NCBI GenBank assembly: GCA_051294905.1 | Contig: CM119372.1 | Location: 32,738,001-32,802,000 of the forward strand | Reading direction: 5' to 3' | Length of the DNA stretch: 64,000 nucleotides | From: Botryllus schlosseri | Taxonomy: Eukaryota | In this document: positions 12,951-22,681 of the stretch, one piece after another | Position numbering within the stretch: position 1 is the stretch's first letter | Layout: each line of letters opens with the position of its first letter | Program-made: the position numbers and the translations under genes | Notes under the pieces: model-generated | What the model was told of the DNA's origin: nothing | The model's input: the letters and a program-made list of their open reading frames with translations, nothing else | The model's database searches: none

Positions 12951-15716
12951 TTACAAATTGCGCGGCTGTCGACCATGTAAAATCTCGGCAGGCGTTTTCC
13001 AGTCTATGCCCGGGTGCGGTGCACATCGGTACGTAGCGAGAAGTGTTTGGAGCGCGAAGTTGAGATCTTTTCCCCCGTCGCAATTTTTTATTAATCCAGC
13101 TTTTAAAGTCTGGACGAAACCCTCCGCTTCCCCGTTCGAGGCAGGGTGAAAAGACGGTGATACGATATGGCTGATTGCCAAATTAGAACAAAACGTATCG
13201 AATTCATTCGATGTGAAATGCGGCCCGCCATCCGTGACAATTGTTATGGGCAAGCCTTCGATAGAAAAGACTTCCCTCAAAGCGTTTACTACACACAAGG
13301 TTGCGGTAGATCCGACATTCATTACTTTAACGAAAGGATATTTCGAATGCGCATCGACGATGACAAGAAACATTTTATTTTTTATTGGACCTGCGAAATC
13401 CAAGTGAATTCGTTCAAAGCTTTCAGACGTTTTTGGCCATTCGCGATACTGACGATCAGGCGCTTTCATTACTTTACGGCAAGCGTCGCAACTCTTAACG
13501 AGATTTTCAATGTCGCAATTAATGGAAGGCCATGCGATGTAACGTCGAGCCATCTGCTTCATTTTCGCGATACCCCAATGTCCTTCGTGCAACAATGATA
13601 AGGCTCGCTCTCGAAGTGACTGCGGAATTACTACGCGCTGGAAACCATCGATATTGAGCATGACTATGTCTTCGTGCAGAGAAAGCGAATGTTTGCGAGT
13701 CGAAAACCAAGAAAAATCATCAATGTGCGTCTTTGGATTCCAATTACCATGAGTGACAGATAATTTCACTAGTTCCATGGTTTTGTCTTTCAGCGTCGCG
13801 TCGCGAATTTCATTGCGAGGTAACGGTAAGCCATCGAATGCCATATTAATAGCGTGAACGATCTCTGCGTTTTCACGCATTTCCAATTCGTCAAACTCAG
13901 GGTCTGGACCCTTTGGTAGGCGAGATAAACCGTCGGCGTTTCCGTGCTGATTAGTCGGTTTATAGCGAATGTCATATTGATAAGCCATGAGCGTTAGTGC
14001 CCATCGCTGTAAGCGTTGCGCTGTAATCACAGGAATTTTCTTGTCCGGCGAGAAAATAGCTAAAAGCGGTTTGTGGTCCGTCACGAGCGTAAATTTTCTA
14101 CCATACAAAAATTGACGAAATTTAGTGACTCCGTAAATGATCGACAGAGCTTCCTTCTCTATTTGAGAGTAGGATTTTCGCGAATCGGAAAGCGTTTTCG
14201 ATGCGTGCGCGATAGGTCTCTCTTCGCCATTGTGCTCAATTGAGAGGACAGCGCCGATTCCGAATTGAGAAGCATCCGTTGACAAAATGAGCTGCTTGTT
14301 TACATCATAATGAGCTAACTGCGTAGCGTCGATTACGCCGTTTTTGAGAATGCGAAAAGCTGCATCACAGTCCGTATTCCAAATAAATTCCGCGTCTATT
14401 TGAAGAAGACGGTACAAGGCAGCGGCTTTATTCGTGAAATTAGGAATAAACGCGCGATAATAATTGACTTTGCCCAGGAATGCCTGTAGCTGGCGAACAT
14501 CCCGAGGTTTAGGCAACTGTTTGATTGCTTCAACGGATTTGTTAGACGGGTGTTTGCCATCCTTGTCAATTATGTGACCAAGATACTCGATACTACTTTT
14601 GAAAAATTCGCATTTCGCGAAGTTGACGGTGAAACCGTATTCGGTGAGGCGCTCAAAGAGCAGCGATAAGTTGCGAAAATGATCGCGTTCATCAATGCCA
14701 GTAACGATTATGTCATCGATAAAACTAGCAACACCGGGCAAGCCGGCGATCATGGCATCAATACAGCGTTGAAAATTTGCGGGACTAGATGCGACTCCGA
14801 AACACACGCGTCGATAACGGAAAAGACCGAATTGCGTGTTGATGACACACAAATTCTTCGCATCATCATCTAATTCTAGCTGAAAATAAGCATCGGCAAG
14901 ATCAATTTTCGTGAAAATACAACCACCCTGTAACTTGTGAAGAATTTCATCCAAGGAGGGCAGGGGATGTTGATCTATCTGAATCTGTGGATTCAATGCT
15001 TTAAAGCCGCCACAAATGCGTACTGATCCATTAAACTTGGTGACGGCAACAATTGGTGCTGCCCAATCACTGTAATTGATTGGTTCGAGAATACCATGAT
15101 TGACTAATCTATCCAATTCGGTTTGAACAGCGATTTGCCTTGCAAACGGCAAAGGGCGTGGCTTGTTAAATACGGGCTTGGCATTGGGTTTCAAGTGAAT
15201 TGTCACCTTTGTCTTGGTGCATCGTCCTAATACATTAGAGAAAACGGAGGGAAATTTGGACTGAAAAGATACCAATTTGTCGTTCGAATCAGAAATGTCG
15301 ATAGTATTACATGATTGCGATTTGACCATCTGCGAGGAAATTGCATCCAAAACAGACGTTCCCTTAGCGGTCATGGAGAAAGCATCGCTCCAATCGAGAC
15401 CAAAACTGTTTTGCCCACGGTGTTCGTCGAGAACTACCAATTTTAAGCCAACTCGAACTTCGGAACCCACCTGCACTGTTACAGTGCAAATACCTTTCAC
15501 TTTCAGTGGCTTGTCGCCATACGCTACGAAAGAGCAATGGTATGCTGAGAGTTTCGGAGAGCCCAAAGTTTTGTACCCAGTCAATCCCACCATGGCGGAG
15601 GGTGCACCAGTGTCCCACTGTGTCGGCAACGGAATGCCGTTGATGCTGGAGTTGATCCAGAGCTGGTTTATTACGCGTCGATATAGTTGATCGATGTCGA
15701 AGGAGAGGAGTGGCAC
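12951..15716 (-). CDS. pol: Gypsy Pol polyprotein (protease, RT, RNase H, integrase), disabled
   Basis: WDTGA protease; KIDLADAY and FIDD RT; TDAS/EKEAL/TDHKPL RNase H; HHCC and HLDF/VTD/AE integrase motifs; bounded by in-frame TAA stops, with the reading frame continuing on both sides. Confidence 0.93.
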   Translation of the reverse strand: MPLLSFDIDQLYRRVINQLWINSSINGIPLPTQWDTGAPSAMVGLTGYKTLGSPKLSAYHCSFVAYGDKPLKVKGICTVTVQVGSEVRVGLKLVVLDEHRGQNSFGLDWSDAFSMTAKGTSVLDAISSQMVKSQSCNTIDISDSNDKLVSFQSKFPSVFSNVLGRCTKTKVTIHLKPNAKPVFNKPRPLPFARQIAVQTELDRLVNHGILEPINYSDWAAPIVAVTKFNGSVRICGGFKALNPQIQIDQHPLPSLDEILHKLQGGCIFTKIDLADAYFQLELDDDAKNLCVINTQFGLFRYRRVCFGVASSPANFQRCIDAMIAGLPGVASFIDDIIVTGIDERDHFRNLSLLFERLTEYGFTVNFAKCEFFKSSIEYLGHIIDKDGKHPSNKSVEAIKQLPKPRDVRQLQAFLGKVNYYRAFIPNFTNKAAALYRLLQIDAEFIWNTDCDAAFRILKNGVIDATQLAHYDVNKQLILSTDASQFGIGAVLSIEHNGEERPIAHASKTLSDSRKSYSQIEKEALSIIYGVTKFRQFLYGRKFTLVTDHKPLLAIFSPDKKIPVITAQRLQRWALTLMAYQYDIRYKPTNQHGNADGLSRLPKGPDPEFDELEMRENAEIVHAINMAFDGLPLPRNEIRDATLKDKTMELVKLSVTHGNWNPKTHIDDFSWFSTRKHSLSLHEDIVMLNIDGFQRVVIPQSLRERALSLLHEGHWGIAKMKQMARRYIAWPSINCDIENLVKSCDACRKVMKAPDRQYREWPKTSESFERIHLDFAGPIKNKMFLVIVDAHSKYPFVKVMNVGSTATLCVVNALREVFSIEGLPITIVTDGGPHFTSNEFDTFCSNLAISHIVSPSFHPASNGEAEGFVQTLKAGLIKNCDGGKDLNFALQTLLATYRCAPHPGIDWKTPAEILHGRQPRNL

Positions 15717-16279
15717 TTAGCAGAAATTGACGGATGTGACCTGTTGCGTGATACTAGGTTTGGTTGACATGCACACAGGTTTGATATGACCTTTACGACC
15801 AGTAAGTGTTACGACACAGTCAAAACCAATGTGATTTTTACAACAACACAACTGCTCCCTTCAACACGCAAAGACGCTCTCCCTTCACTTCAACAAAGTA
15901 ATGTAGTGTACGAATATAAATGCCACTGTGATTGTGGCTACGTGGGAAGAACGTCAAAACGTCTGCAGGAACGCATAAACCAACATGTCCCGAGATTCAT
16001 CAGAACACGTGCTTCACGCTCAGTGAAAAGCTCACCCTTACCTCATCCGCTTAAGATTGATGCTGATCGATCAAAGGCCATCAATTCTGCCATCGGCAAA
16101 CATTTGTTAGATAATGCGATTTGTGCGAATAATTATCGAGACGACCGATTTCGAATCGTTGGGCGAGGCCGTTCACAATTCCATTTGTGTGCCTTGGAGT
16201 CGACTTTTATCAAAATACACCAACCACAACTCTGTCAACAAAAGGAGTACGTGTACCACCTAAAAATAGTACATTGAAC

Positions 16280-16315
16280 TATAGATAACTAACCTACGTA
16301 GGTTAGTTATCTATA
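16280..16315. repeat. Perfect 36-bp palindrome insertion
   Basis: TATAGATAACTAACCTAC|GTAGGTTAGTTATCTATA between two ATTGAAC repeats; absent from the second PLE copy. Confidence 0.9.
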
Positions 16316-16415
16316 TAATTGAACGCTCGCTCATTCACGAAATTTCATGCTGGTGACGTCATATTTTGTGATACGATTGTTGATATACAATGTTCTTTCC
16401 ATTTCTCTACTAGTT

Positions 16416-16459
16416 GCTGACGATTACCCCTGACGAGTGTCAGCCGAAAATATTCGGGT
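16416..16459 (+). ncRNA. Minimal type I hammerhead ribozyme
   Basis: Stem I ACCC/GGGT; core CTGACGA (16430-16436) and GAAA (16446-16449); palindromic AATATT stem III; UC cleavage site at 16454-16455; lies in a PLE terminal region, where hammerheads are known to occur. Confidence 0.8.
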
Positions 16460-16699
16460 TCATTTCAATATGAATATACTATTCAATTGTATATTGAAGT
16501 TCTGTTCCTCCAAGAAGCTCTTTGATCTTGGTAGAATGACCAATCGATACAGGAGAATATGTATTTCCGTTGTGCAAAAGTACAATTTTCAGGCTTGACA
16601 AATTGCGTTTTTGGCAAACAAATATTTCGCACCAAGTCATGTTAATATTGATAGAATGACTGAGAATGACATAAGGGTTCTTCATAGTCAATTAGTTAT

Positions 16700-16928
16700 T
16701 TATGCACAGTATAAAATTAGAAAAAAACACGATTTTCTTCCTACCAAGTGAAATATTTAAAGTTAAATACAGTAAGTTTGGGCGTTTTTAGGGGTGTGAA
16801 TATCTTCTGACAATGAGCCAATCTGACAAAACTAATGTGATATTCGTAATCAGCAACCTCAAAAACCCCAGAAACGGCTCTCAGATGTTCTGCCTAAAAA
16901 ATTTTTTTTTCATTTTGTTGACCAGTGT
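16700..16928 (+). mobile_element. Chapaev3-like transposon right end
   Basis: Ends TTGTTGACCAGTG; homologous to the reverse complement of 9643-9725; left boundary uncertain. Confidence 0.45.
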
Positions 16929-17162
16929 TATCAGCCAGTACAATAATAGTTTTCGGCTGGATCCGATTTTATATTATGAAGGTACAGTCGCTATATTGAT
17001 ACCATACTATATAAAATTGCCTAGTTGCTCTCACAATCATCGTAATCATCCCTCCTCTGTTAGTAAATCAAGTGGCGTAAATGAAGCCAGAAAATTTTCA
17101 AATCATTATTTAACAAATCCTTCCAGGTTCTGCTCATCTATGTTGACGCTCACCCTCTAGGC

Positions 17163-18852
17163 CAGTGGTCGGGAACCTTTTTCGACCGAAGAGCCATATT
17201 GGCCCAATAGTTTCAATTGTAACTCCGAAAGAGCCATACATGTCAATCAACTGTAACGTCACAATTGAGCATGCGTGACGTATGGTAGTACTAAATTAGT
17301 ACTACTAATATATGGGATTCGTAGTGTTTGCCATATTTGTCTGCCCACACGCGTAGTTGGAGCCAAACATGGTCACTACTGCTGTACATACATGTGTGAT
17401 ACGGCAGTGCCTCAGATGTCGTCAGTGATGACTGAAGGAAAATTGTGAACCCTTCAATGGTTATTGGTATCTTCTATCGATGTTTATGAATGAATGGATT
17501 CTGAACATTTTTATTCCCCAAATCACGGAATTTTCATATCTCCTGTTCGAAAATGAAGCGCGAAAGGAGAGGTAAGACTCAGATGAGGCACAGGCGGGCC
17601 AAGCCTCACCTGTGATAGCGCAACTCATCGCCAATAGCTTAGAATTTATGATCACTGATATTAATGAAATGTAATTGACGCGCTGATTCTGAAAATCTAA
17701 GTATTGATCGACTTCTAAAATATTCGGCGTAACGTAACGTTGCGTTACAAACTCACATTTTTACGGCAGTGCTAAAAAGCTAATAACTAGGGCAAGTTTT
17801 TGTTGCAGTCAAATCTGCGGAAAGTTGCATTTATTTTTCACAAAAGTTGCAGTAAAAGTTTGCATTTATTTTTCACAAAAGTTGCACTAAAAAGTTGCAT
17901 TTATGGACAAGTTCCTTGAAATTATTATGATATGAGACACTCGAATCGATCCGTATGCAAGGCACTGTAGCAAAACTCAGTGTTGGCGACTTCAACAAAA
18001 TCAATAGCCTGAAGAGATTTACCAAGTGAAAAAGTATTTTTCGGGGCCTAGCTTGAATGTACGTCAAATCAGAAAGGACCTCAAATTTGAACGACAGGGT
18101 ATTTAATCAAGCGATATATTCACATATAAGTGCCAAATATTTCTAGTAAAAAGTTAGTTGCAAGAAAAATCCAAAAAACTTTCAAAAAGTTGCATGAAAA
18201 ATCAAAAAAAGTTGCATAAGGTTGCATGAGAAAAGTTGCAAAAAGTTGCAAAAAGTAGCAATGTAAGATTCCTCCAAACAGCTTAAAACACCATAGTACA
18301 TAAGTATGTTGGAAGCTGCCTGAAGCTGTAAAAAAAGTTGCAAAAGTTGCAAAAACTTGCCCTACTGATAACTAATCGAGAAAAGGGATAGGTATAGCGT
18401 TGTTTTTAATTTTAATTTGTAATTGTGAATGTTACTTCAACGGCATTTTATTTCTCGGTGTAGATCAGGAAGACATTGTGTATGAGAAAACTTCATTGTC
18501 CTACAAGTGTCGCCATGTCTGTTATTCTCTTTCGTCAATCAAGGTAACCTGCAATCTAAGATTGCTAGGCGCGCGATGGTTGGTAGGTCGAATTCGCGTG
18601 TGGTGTTAGTCGCCGGTGCGACAGAAGCTTAAATTTGGGAATTTTGAAAAGAGGGCGGTGCGAGCCCCTAACCCTGCATACCCCACTGTCTTGACCTCTC
18701 AAATACGCATGTTTGTGCTGCCACGAGAATAATTATTCTCGCCACCATTAAAATTTACCAACAAGTTGCTGCAATATTGATAAATTGAGTAAAAAATAAA
18801 AAATTAGGAGCCATATCTTATACCCAAAAGAGCCATAGGTTCCTGACCACTG
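17163..18852. mobile_element. hAT (Charlie-like) non-autonomous element
   Basis: TIRs CAGTGGTCGGGAACCT / AGGTTCCTGACCACTG; TSD CTCTAGGC / CTTTAGGC. Confidence 0.85.
17788..18364. mobile_element. hAT MITE with AAGTTGCA arrays, nested in 17163-18852
   Basis: TIRs TAGGGCAAGTTTTT / AAAAACTTGCCCTA; TSD CTAATAAC / CTGATAAC. Confidence 0.85.
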
Positions 18853-18957
18853 CTTTAGGCTGTGTCGTACATGCATGTATGTCACCGATGCGGAAATGTT
18901 TAGCAGCTAGTCGGTACTTTGATCAACGTGCATCGTCAAAAGTTTTTCACATCCTAG

Positions 18958-20266
18958 CAGAGGTGGTCAAAGTAGTCAAGAAAGCTTCTCAAGTAGAAGT
19001 AGAAGTAGCGACGAAAAAGATCTACTCAAGTACGAGTAGAAGTACTTCTTCCATAAGCATCCTAAAACTACTTGAAGGAGAAGTAGAATTGACTGACTTT
19101 AAATCTACTCAAGTAAGTAAGTAGTTGTGAAAACGATCGTAATTCGTTCGCATGGATTGTCAAAATATAGAATGTAAACATTCTATAGTCAAAAGCTGCA
19201 AATTAAGCTATGCGAAAGGTGCAGATCTTGATTCGTTTTGATGCATACCAGGAGGCATCCCCTTTTCGACAGCATAAGCATTCGTCCGAATCATGAAATG
19301 AGAATTATAGCATTGATATGGAAATGCGATACTAATCCTCTGTTTACTCGAATAGCCCGTTTTAGAAAATACCATGGTATGACGACCTACCCCATATTAT
19401 AAGGTCCGTAGTTTGGTCGAAGAGCGATACGGAGAAATTGTATCGGATGCGGTATACACACTTTGTGCGATTAGTAAACGTTAATAAAAATTTGATGGAT
19501 CGTGAAAATGCCATATTGTGTAGCTTTATTTCCGGAAATTGAAGGCATTTCTACACTTGCTCTTATACTTCAACATGCATGTCCTCCAGAAAAAAAGAAT
19601 GGAAACTAATTAGAACTCAAAGTATGATACTGGGAATTGAAAGAGAAATATGAATACTACTTCTAAAAGCGGAAAATGTATTTCATGTCTTTGGCCCAGA
19701 AAATTTCAAATGTGGTATGCTAGAAAAGGTCTAAAGCTAAAAAAAATCATCAAAGTCCACTTTTCCAGAATAGGACACGCCATTACGATACGATAGGTAA
19801 ACGCTTGATTGCGAAACATCAGATTCAAACGTTATGATGGGCGATATATCTGCTGCGATGAAATATTTTATATGGGCAATAATGCGGTGTGAACGGAACC
19901 ACGAGACCCGCTACCTAAATTATATTCACCGATATTTTCGTGAAATCATATTGGTCACTCCATAGCCACTGTGCGCTAAGCGCGACGAAAATTCTGGGCT
20001 TTACTCAACTTTTATGAAAATTAAATGTTGATACTCCGTGATAACAGCCCCGAAATTACTCAGGATATCTTCCTGTTTGGAGGAGCAAACTACTTCTACT
20101 TGACAAACTGAAAATAGCGAAAAGTAAGTATGTAGATGACAAAATATTACAAAGTATCAAGCAGAAGTAGAGGGGTAATTAGATCTACTTGAGTAAGTAC
20201 CCAAGCAGCGGAAAACTACTTGAGTACTTGAAAAAAGTAGAAGTACCTCGTTGCCGACCACCTCTG
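18958..20266. mobile_element. hAT MITE family B (AAGTAG arrays)
   Basis: TIRs CAGAGGTGGTC / GACCACCTCTG; perfect TSD CATCCTAG; collinear with 22682-25251. Confidence 0.9.
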
Positions 20267-21056
20267 CATCCTAGTATGCAGCACTGCCTCGATATGCTCA
20301 CGAATTCAACTAAAACTCAAACAACTAGGTAAAATACGTGAAATATTACGCCATCAGGGTCGATTGCAGCACTCCACCGCAGTCGACATAACGCAATCCG
20401 GTACCTCCGCTCAAGCATATCCCCCGACGGACTGATTTCGCCGGGAACCGATGTTATAGCGTTAAGGGGCGTGGCAGTTTCCAATCATTGTATATATATC
20501 ATTGGTCCACACCATAGGACACTATGAACACACTGTCTGTCAATATGCGTCACACTATCTAAGCTTTGCCTATCGACTGTATTCAGGAGTGGAACATAGG
20601 TATTGAATCTAATGCGAGCTCTGCGGTGATGCTGTACAGTATTGGATTCTCATTTGATCTGCGAAAGATTTCTTCGCGAATCGTCTGGTGGGCCGTTTCC
20701 GACCCGCTGGTGATGGATGATGACTACGAAAATGCAGGGATCGTTAAATCATGTTCATGTCACACGAATAAGACTATTTATGACCGAAATAACGGTTCGC
20801 ACCAGCAGGTTGCACAATGCACATCCGGTGATTTCCATCCTTTTATGGTCTCGATTCCATTTCCAATTTGAAAATGTTCCTTGGCCCAAGTCAAAATTTT
20901 GTAAGCTGATTACTAAAAAAAGGCAGCACCTTTGCACCGACTTACTCATGGCCTATTTTGGAAGCTGATTACGATCAACATCTTTCCATTCCTCAGAATA
21001 AAGGCCAACGACCATCAGGTTCAGAACCATTGTTGTTGACTAAAGCATCCATACGG

Positions 21057-21402
21057 TGGGTTTACCATACGTCCTCCTTTAGGAGGATTTGTCCTCCTTT
21101 TCCAGGTTTTGGAAAATGTCCTCCGAGGACGCCTAAATGTCATCCTTTTTGAAATTTTGTCCTCTTTTTTGAGAATTTTGATTAAATATAGGGCAAAATT
21201 CGACTAAAATACAGTAAATCAACACTCAAGTAACGCTCCAGTGGCTATTTCGGGAGCTGAGCAGGAAAGTTGACCCTTTTTTAGTCAACCGACCACAAAG
21301 TGGGAAAAATTTACCATTTTTCAAGATTGTCCTCCGGTATTCTAAATTTTAAAATTTTAAAAAAGTGTCCCCCTTTCCCGCTTCCGAAATATGGTAAACC
21401 CA
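21057..21402. mobile_element. hAT MITE family E (GTCCTC arrays)
   Basis: TIRs TGGGTTTACCATA / TATGGTAAACCCA; perfect TSD CCATACGG. Confidence 0.88.
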
Positions 21403-21469
21403 CCATACGGCCTTGAACGACTCTAGGAATATACCGTTATCTTATCATGGCGATTACAATTAGACTTAC

Positions 21470-21740
21470 ATACAATTGAACAGTTTATTCATATTGATAT
21501 GAACCCGGATATTTTTGACTGACACTCGTCAGGGGTAAACGTCAGTAACTAGTAGAGAATGGAAAAGGACATCGTATATCAACAATCGTATCACAAAATA
21601 TGACGTCACCAGCATGAAATTCTGAATACGAGAGCGTCCAATGTACTATTTTTAGACGTTACACGAACTCTTTCACACACACTTTCATTTATGTGCCTTG
21701 GATTTGACTTTTATTAAAATACACCAGCCAAGGCTGTGTC
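21470..21740 (-). mobile_element. Second PLE 3' fragment with inverted 5' segment and mutated hammerhead
   Basis: 21470-21673 is the reverse complement of about 16240-16492; about 21684-21740 matches about 16180-16236 directly; hammerhead relic at 21503-21546. Confidence 0.85.
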
Positions 21741-21965
21741 CACGTCCAAATTAAAATCTAAATCTGATACTAATTCCAATGAGTTCTTCAATTCAATTTT
21801 TCCCATACAAATCTAAATCCACGCACACCTTTGCTATATTATTGTAAAATCATCGTGGGAAACCGACTAGAGCTTGCGCGTTGACTTGGTATAGGTAACG
21901 GAAATCAATGAGCCACACAGCTGTGTTTCAAAATACATTTTAAAAACAGGAGTTATATTCCTCTG

Positions 21966-22184
21966 CTATAATATCTTTCGCATCACATGAATCTTGATTA
22001 ATCCGTCATGAATATTGACTGTACCGAATCCCAGATATCTTGCGACATTCAAAGCATCGACGGAGGTTTCTGGAACGCAGTAGAGCACGGTATCGTAACC
22101 AGAGGATTTTGCTTTTGCAAGGCCTTGCTCAAGCAGTTCGACGCCGATAGTCTTGAAATCTTTGTCGGTACACACGGCCGTCCT
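21966..22184 (-). CDS. NAT8/camello-like GNAT acetyltransferase, exon 4 (last)
   Basis: Acceptor TTTTGCTTAAG, phase 0; RTAV...IGVELLEQGLAKAKSSGY...ARYLGF...MRKIL* fits the GNAT C-terminal half; the acceptor choice is inferred from phase. Confidence 0.72.
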   Translation of the reverse strand, partial: RTAVCTDKDFKTIGVELLEQGLAKAKSSGYDTVLYCVPETSVDALNVARYLGFGTVNIHDGLIKIHVMRKIL

Positions 22185-22681
22185 CTTAAGCAAAATATTA
22201 CGACAGTAGTCTGCAGTCAAGATCACATACTTTTATAATCATACAAATAATTCTCATGTAGCGATAATTGGGTTTAAAAATATATATAATGATACAAAAT
22301 CTCGAGTCGGCGCTTGGGATGTCAAACCGATATCTTATCTTACCAACATCACACATACGCATTGAGCAGGCTATATGTGTTCCAAACTGGTTAGTGGTTA
22401 TGCAACGCACCAAGTAGTAAGAAAGGTAGAGGCATGCTATACAATACATGCATAGCATGCCAATAACAAAAATGACTCTGATAGCACTTCCGCACAATTG
22501 AAGCCAATAATATCAATTAAAATGAACATAAATTGCTTTACATAAGTCTGGCCAGTATGTCGTGGTGACTATTTATTGGGAGATTCGGTAATTTTGTATT
22601 GAATGTTGTTGCTACCACAAGTCGATAGACGCCGAGTGGCTACCAGATGTATTACTGTAATCACAGGTATGCAGTTGTGCA

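Larger units (their letters stand above)
11174..15800 (-). mobile_element. Ty3/Gypsy LTR retrotransposon, 5'-truncated
   Basis: Gag zinc-knuckle tail GRKGHIKPVC at about 15771-15800, then PR-RT-RH-IN order, polypurine tract and 3' LTR; no 5' LTR or gag N-terminus. Confidence 0.95.
15802..16492 (+). mobile_element. Penelope-like retroelement 3' fragment (GIY-YIG endonuclease plus 3' UTR)
   Basis: ORF 15786-16277 has SNVVYEYKCHCDCGYVGRT..RLQERINQH, SAIGKHL and LESTFIK; the 3' UTR is shared with 21470-21673. Confidence 0.9.

Noticed and set aside
13167..15690. Several plus-strand ORFs up to 143 aa
   Set aside because: Antisense shadows of Gypsy pol.
22198..22497. Hydrophobic ORF as an extra NAT8-like exon
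   Set aside because: The four-exon model is already complete and phase-consistent, and this segment has no family motif.
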